The translations under genes were made by a program, and so were the position numbers. Shown piece by piece: positions 3,497 to 5,480 of a stretch of 5,480 nt of DNA. The notes beneath the pieces were generated by a model. That model was not told where the DNA came from, searched no databases, and worked only from the letters and a program-made list of their open reading frames with translations. Numbering within the stretch: position 1 is the stretch's first letter; every line of letters starts with the position of its first letter. The DNA is from a virus. The stretch is taken from IMG/VR virus record IMGVR_UViG_3300045988_017397, one strand, 5' to 3'.

Positions 3497-5109
3497 ACCG
3501 CAACAGTGAATACAACTTTGCGGAAAATCCGCAGGTCGGAGTAAGCCGCAGCCGATTCCAGCGCAACAGCGACAACAAAACGACCTTTAACACGGGCGAC
3601 CTCATCCCTATCTATCTGGACGAGGTGCTACCAGGTGATACACACCAAGTCGATGTTGCGTGTGTGATGCGAATGGCAACACCCATCTTCCCGGTGATGG
3701 ACAACGCCTTTTGCGACTTTTACTTCTTTTTCGTGCCTAACCGCTTACTGTGGGAACACTGGAAGGAGTTTATGGGCGAAAACAAGGAGACCGCATGGAC
3801 ACCTAAAACGGAGTACAGTGTGCCGCAAGTAACGGCACCGACGGGCGGATGGGCAGAAGGTACGCTGGCGGACTATCTAGGTCTGCCTACCAAAATCGAG
3901 GGCATCAGCGTAAGCGCTCTGCCCGGCAGAGCCTACGGTCTCATCTATAACGAATGGTTCAGAAACCAGAACGTGACACAGCCGACACTTGTAGAAGTGA
4001 CGGACGCGACCACGACCGGCAAAAACGACGGCAGCGCTACCAACGACAACGCAATCACGTTGGCAAAGCCTCTCAAGGCAGCAAAGGTGTTTGACTACTA
4101 CACCGGAGCACTCCCTGAGCCTCAGAAAGGCGAGCCAATCACGCTGCCTCTGGGCGGGGCAGCGATGGTACATCTTTACGAAGATAAAAGCCTAAGCAAA
4201 ATAGCGAGAAATGGATACGGATACATCGGAAAAGATGTATTGGACAATACACCATTCACAATGAGCGAAATAGCAACGGATGGCGTCAACGTACCAAACA
4301 AAGTAGACGCATTCACAGGAAACTGGCTGGGGGCAGACCTCAGCAACGTCACCGCAGCTACCATCAACCAGTTACGTCAGGCGTTTCAGATTCAGAAGCT
4401 GCTCGAAAAAGATGCGCGCGGCGGCACAAGATACCGTGAGGTGCTGCGCGAACACTTCGGGGTTATCTCTCCTGACTCTCGTATGCAGATTCCGGAGTAT
4501 CTGGGCGGCTACAGACTGCCTATCAACGTGTCTCAGGTTATCCAGACCTCTTCGAGCGACGACACGAGTCCGCTGGGCAACACAGCGGCGCTAAGTGTTA
4601 CCACGATGAACAAACCCATGTTTACCAAGTCCTTTACGGAACACGGATTTATCATGGGACTCGCAGTGGTACGAACCGACCAAACCTATCAGCAGGGTAT
4701 CGAGCGCATGTGGAGCCGAAAAGGCCGGTATGATTACTACTGGCCGGTACTGGCAAACATCGGCGAACAAGCCATCCTCAACAAAGAAATCTATGCACAG
4801 GGCAACGCAAAGGACGATGAAGCATTCGGCTATCAGGAAGCATGGGCCGACTATCGGTATAAGCCAAGCAAGGTTACCGGCCTGTTCCGAAGCAACGCAC
4901 AACAGAGTCTCGATGCATGGCACTATGCACAGGACTACGACGCGCTGCCTACTCTGAGCACCGCTTGGATGGAACAGGGCGAAACCGAAATGAAACGGAC
5001 TCTTGCGGTACAGTCTCAACCAGACTTTATCGGCGACTTCTACTTCATGAACAAAACAACTCGATGCATGCCGGTCTACAGCATTCCCGGCCTCATCGAT
5101 CATCACTAA
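3493..5109 (+). CDS. VP1: VP1 major capsid protein (Microviridae F-protein fold), 538 aa
   Basis: SD GAGGTGA lies at 3482-3488. Hallmark gokushovirus VP1 blocks are present: RSRFQRNSDNKTTFNTGDLIPIYLDEVLPGDT, FCDFYFFFVPNRLLW, ATINQLRQAFQIQKLLEKDARGGTRYREVLREHFGV and RMQIPEYLGG. The size is typical for the subfamily. Confidence 0.97.
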   Translation: MNRNSEYNFAENPQVGVSRSRFQRNSDNKTTFNTGDLIPIYLDEVLPGDTHQVDVACVMRMATPIFPVMDNAFCDFYFFFVPNRLLWEHWKEFMGENKETAWTPKTEYSVPQVTAPTGGWAEGTLADYLGLPTKIEGISVSALPGRAYGLIYNEWFRNQNVTQPTLVEVTDATTTGKNDGSATNDNAITLAKPLKAAKVFDYYTGALPEPQKGEPITLPLGGAAMVHLYEDKSLSKIARNGYGYIGKDVLDNTPFTMSEIATDGVNVPNKVDAFTGNWLGADLSNVTAATINQLRQAFQIQKLLEKDARGGTRYREVLREHFGVISPDSRMQIPEYLGGYRLPINVSQVIQTSSSDDTSPLGNTAALSVTTMNKPMFTKSFTEHGFIMGLAVVRTDQTYQQGIERMWSRKGRYDYYWPVLANIGEQAILNKEIYAQGNAKDDEAFGYQEAWADYRYKPSKVTGLFRSNAQQSLDAWHYAQDYDALPTLSTAWMEQGETEMKRTLAVQSQPDFIGDFYFMNKTTRCMPVYSIPGLIDHH

Positions 5110-5120
5110 AGAAAGGAGAC

Positions 5121-5148
5121 AGCCGGGGACAAAACCCCGGCTATTTTT
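5121..5148 (+). terminator. Intrinsic terminator / attenuator between VP1 and VP2
   Basis: An 8-bp GC-rich stem pairs agccgggg (5121-5128) with ccccggct (5135-5142) around the loop acaaaa, and atttttg follows. It begins 12 nt after the VP1 stop (TAA 5107-5109) and ends 5 nt before the VP2 ATG. Confidence 0.75.
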
Positions 5149-5152
5149 GAAA

Positions 5153-5480
5153 ATGGCAATACCAGCCTTATTAGGAGCCTTATCAACAGGCGCAAAAGTA
5201 CTGGGTGGCGTAAGCAGCCTTATAAGCGCAGGAACCGGCATCTTTAACGCACTCAAAGGCACATCGGGTAGCGGAGCAACAAGCTCGAGCGGATACCAAA
5301 CGAGTCAAGGGGCAAGCGGTTCGACCATGACCGGAGAAAGCGGAGTAAACATGGACCAGACAAAAGAGCTGGCAAAATACTTTCTGGGGCAGAGCCAACA
5401 AGCGCAGGGCATGCAGAGCTTGCAAAACAACAAAAACTCTCTCTTGGCACTGGGCTTAAACACTCTGGGAGCTATCCAGC
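5153..5480 (+). CDS. VP2: VP2 / DNA pilot protein, N-terminal part (continues through the circular junction into 56..543)
   Basis: The ATG is at 5153-5155. Hand translation gives MAIPALLGALSTGAKVLGGVSSLISAGTGIFNALKGTSGSGATSSS...[22 protein letters not shown] with no stop before the window end. The N-terminus is hydrophobic and Gly-rich, as expected for a pilot protein. The frame is continuous with 1..543. Confidence 0.85.
   Translation, partial: MAIPALLGALSTGAKVLGGVSSLISAGTGIFNALKGTSGSGATSSSGYQTSQGASGSTMTGESGVNMDQTKELAKYFLGQSQQAQGMQSLQNNKNSLLALGLNTLGAIQ
5426..5480. repeat. Terminal direct repeat, copy 2 (circular-genome overlap)
   Basis: Identical to 1-55. Confidence 0.97.

Noticed and set aside
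4591-5262. A long antisense ORF of 223 aa covering the VP1 3' end, the terminator and the VP2 start.
   Set aside because: It lies opposite a confidently identified capsid gene. The protein is Cys/His/Arg-rich with no recognisable motif and has no SD or promoter. Known Microviridae transcribe only one strand. It is most likely a by-product of the codon bias of the sense frame.

Overview
This window is a complete, circularly permuted genome of a small ssDNA phage of the family Microviridae, with a Gokushovirinae-like gene set. Bases 1-55 are identical to 5426-5480. The unit genome is therefore 5,425 nt, and the linear record was cut inside the VP2 (pilot protein) gene.

All credible genes lie on the + strand, in this order:
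- VP2 (5153..5425 joined to 1..543)
- VP4 rolling-circle Rep (540..1562)
- a 466-nt non-coding region (1563..2028)
- three or four tiny ORFan genes (2029..2697)
- a 39-aa very basic J/VP8-like protein (2666..2785)
- a VP5-like protein (2785..3027)
- VP3 scaffold (3020..3496)
- VP1 major capsid (3493..5109)

The genes are chained by ATGA / TAATG / GTGTGA overlaps. One textbook sigma70 promoter (1975..2003) and two intrinsic terminators (1570..1617 and 5121..5148) are visible.

The unusual part is the non-coding region. An AT-rich tract, then (TAG)3, GGGC and TGTGGAAAA, reproduces the order and polarity of a bacterial oriC basal unwinding system (DUE / DnaA-trios / GC cluster / DnaA box). Nine same-orientation GTTGAAA repeats follow; these are one-mismatch relatives of that box. 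The array is closed by an inverted perfect DnaA-box match (TTTTCCACA) and flanked by a 14-bp direct repeat.

I propose a phage-borne DnaA-recruiting origin or DnaA-titration module. I do not know of this being described for Microviridae.

No tRNA, rRNA, CRISPR, integrase or transposase is present. All protein-family calls come from motif recognition by eye; no searches were run.
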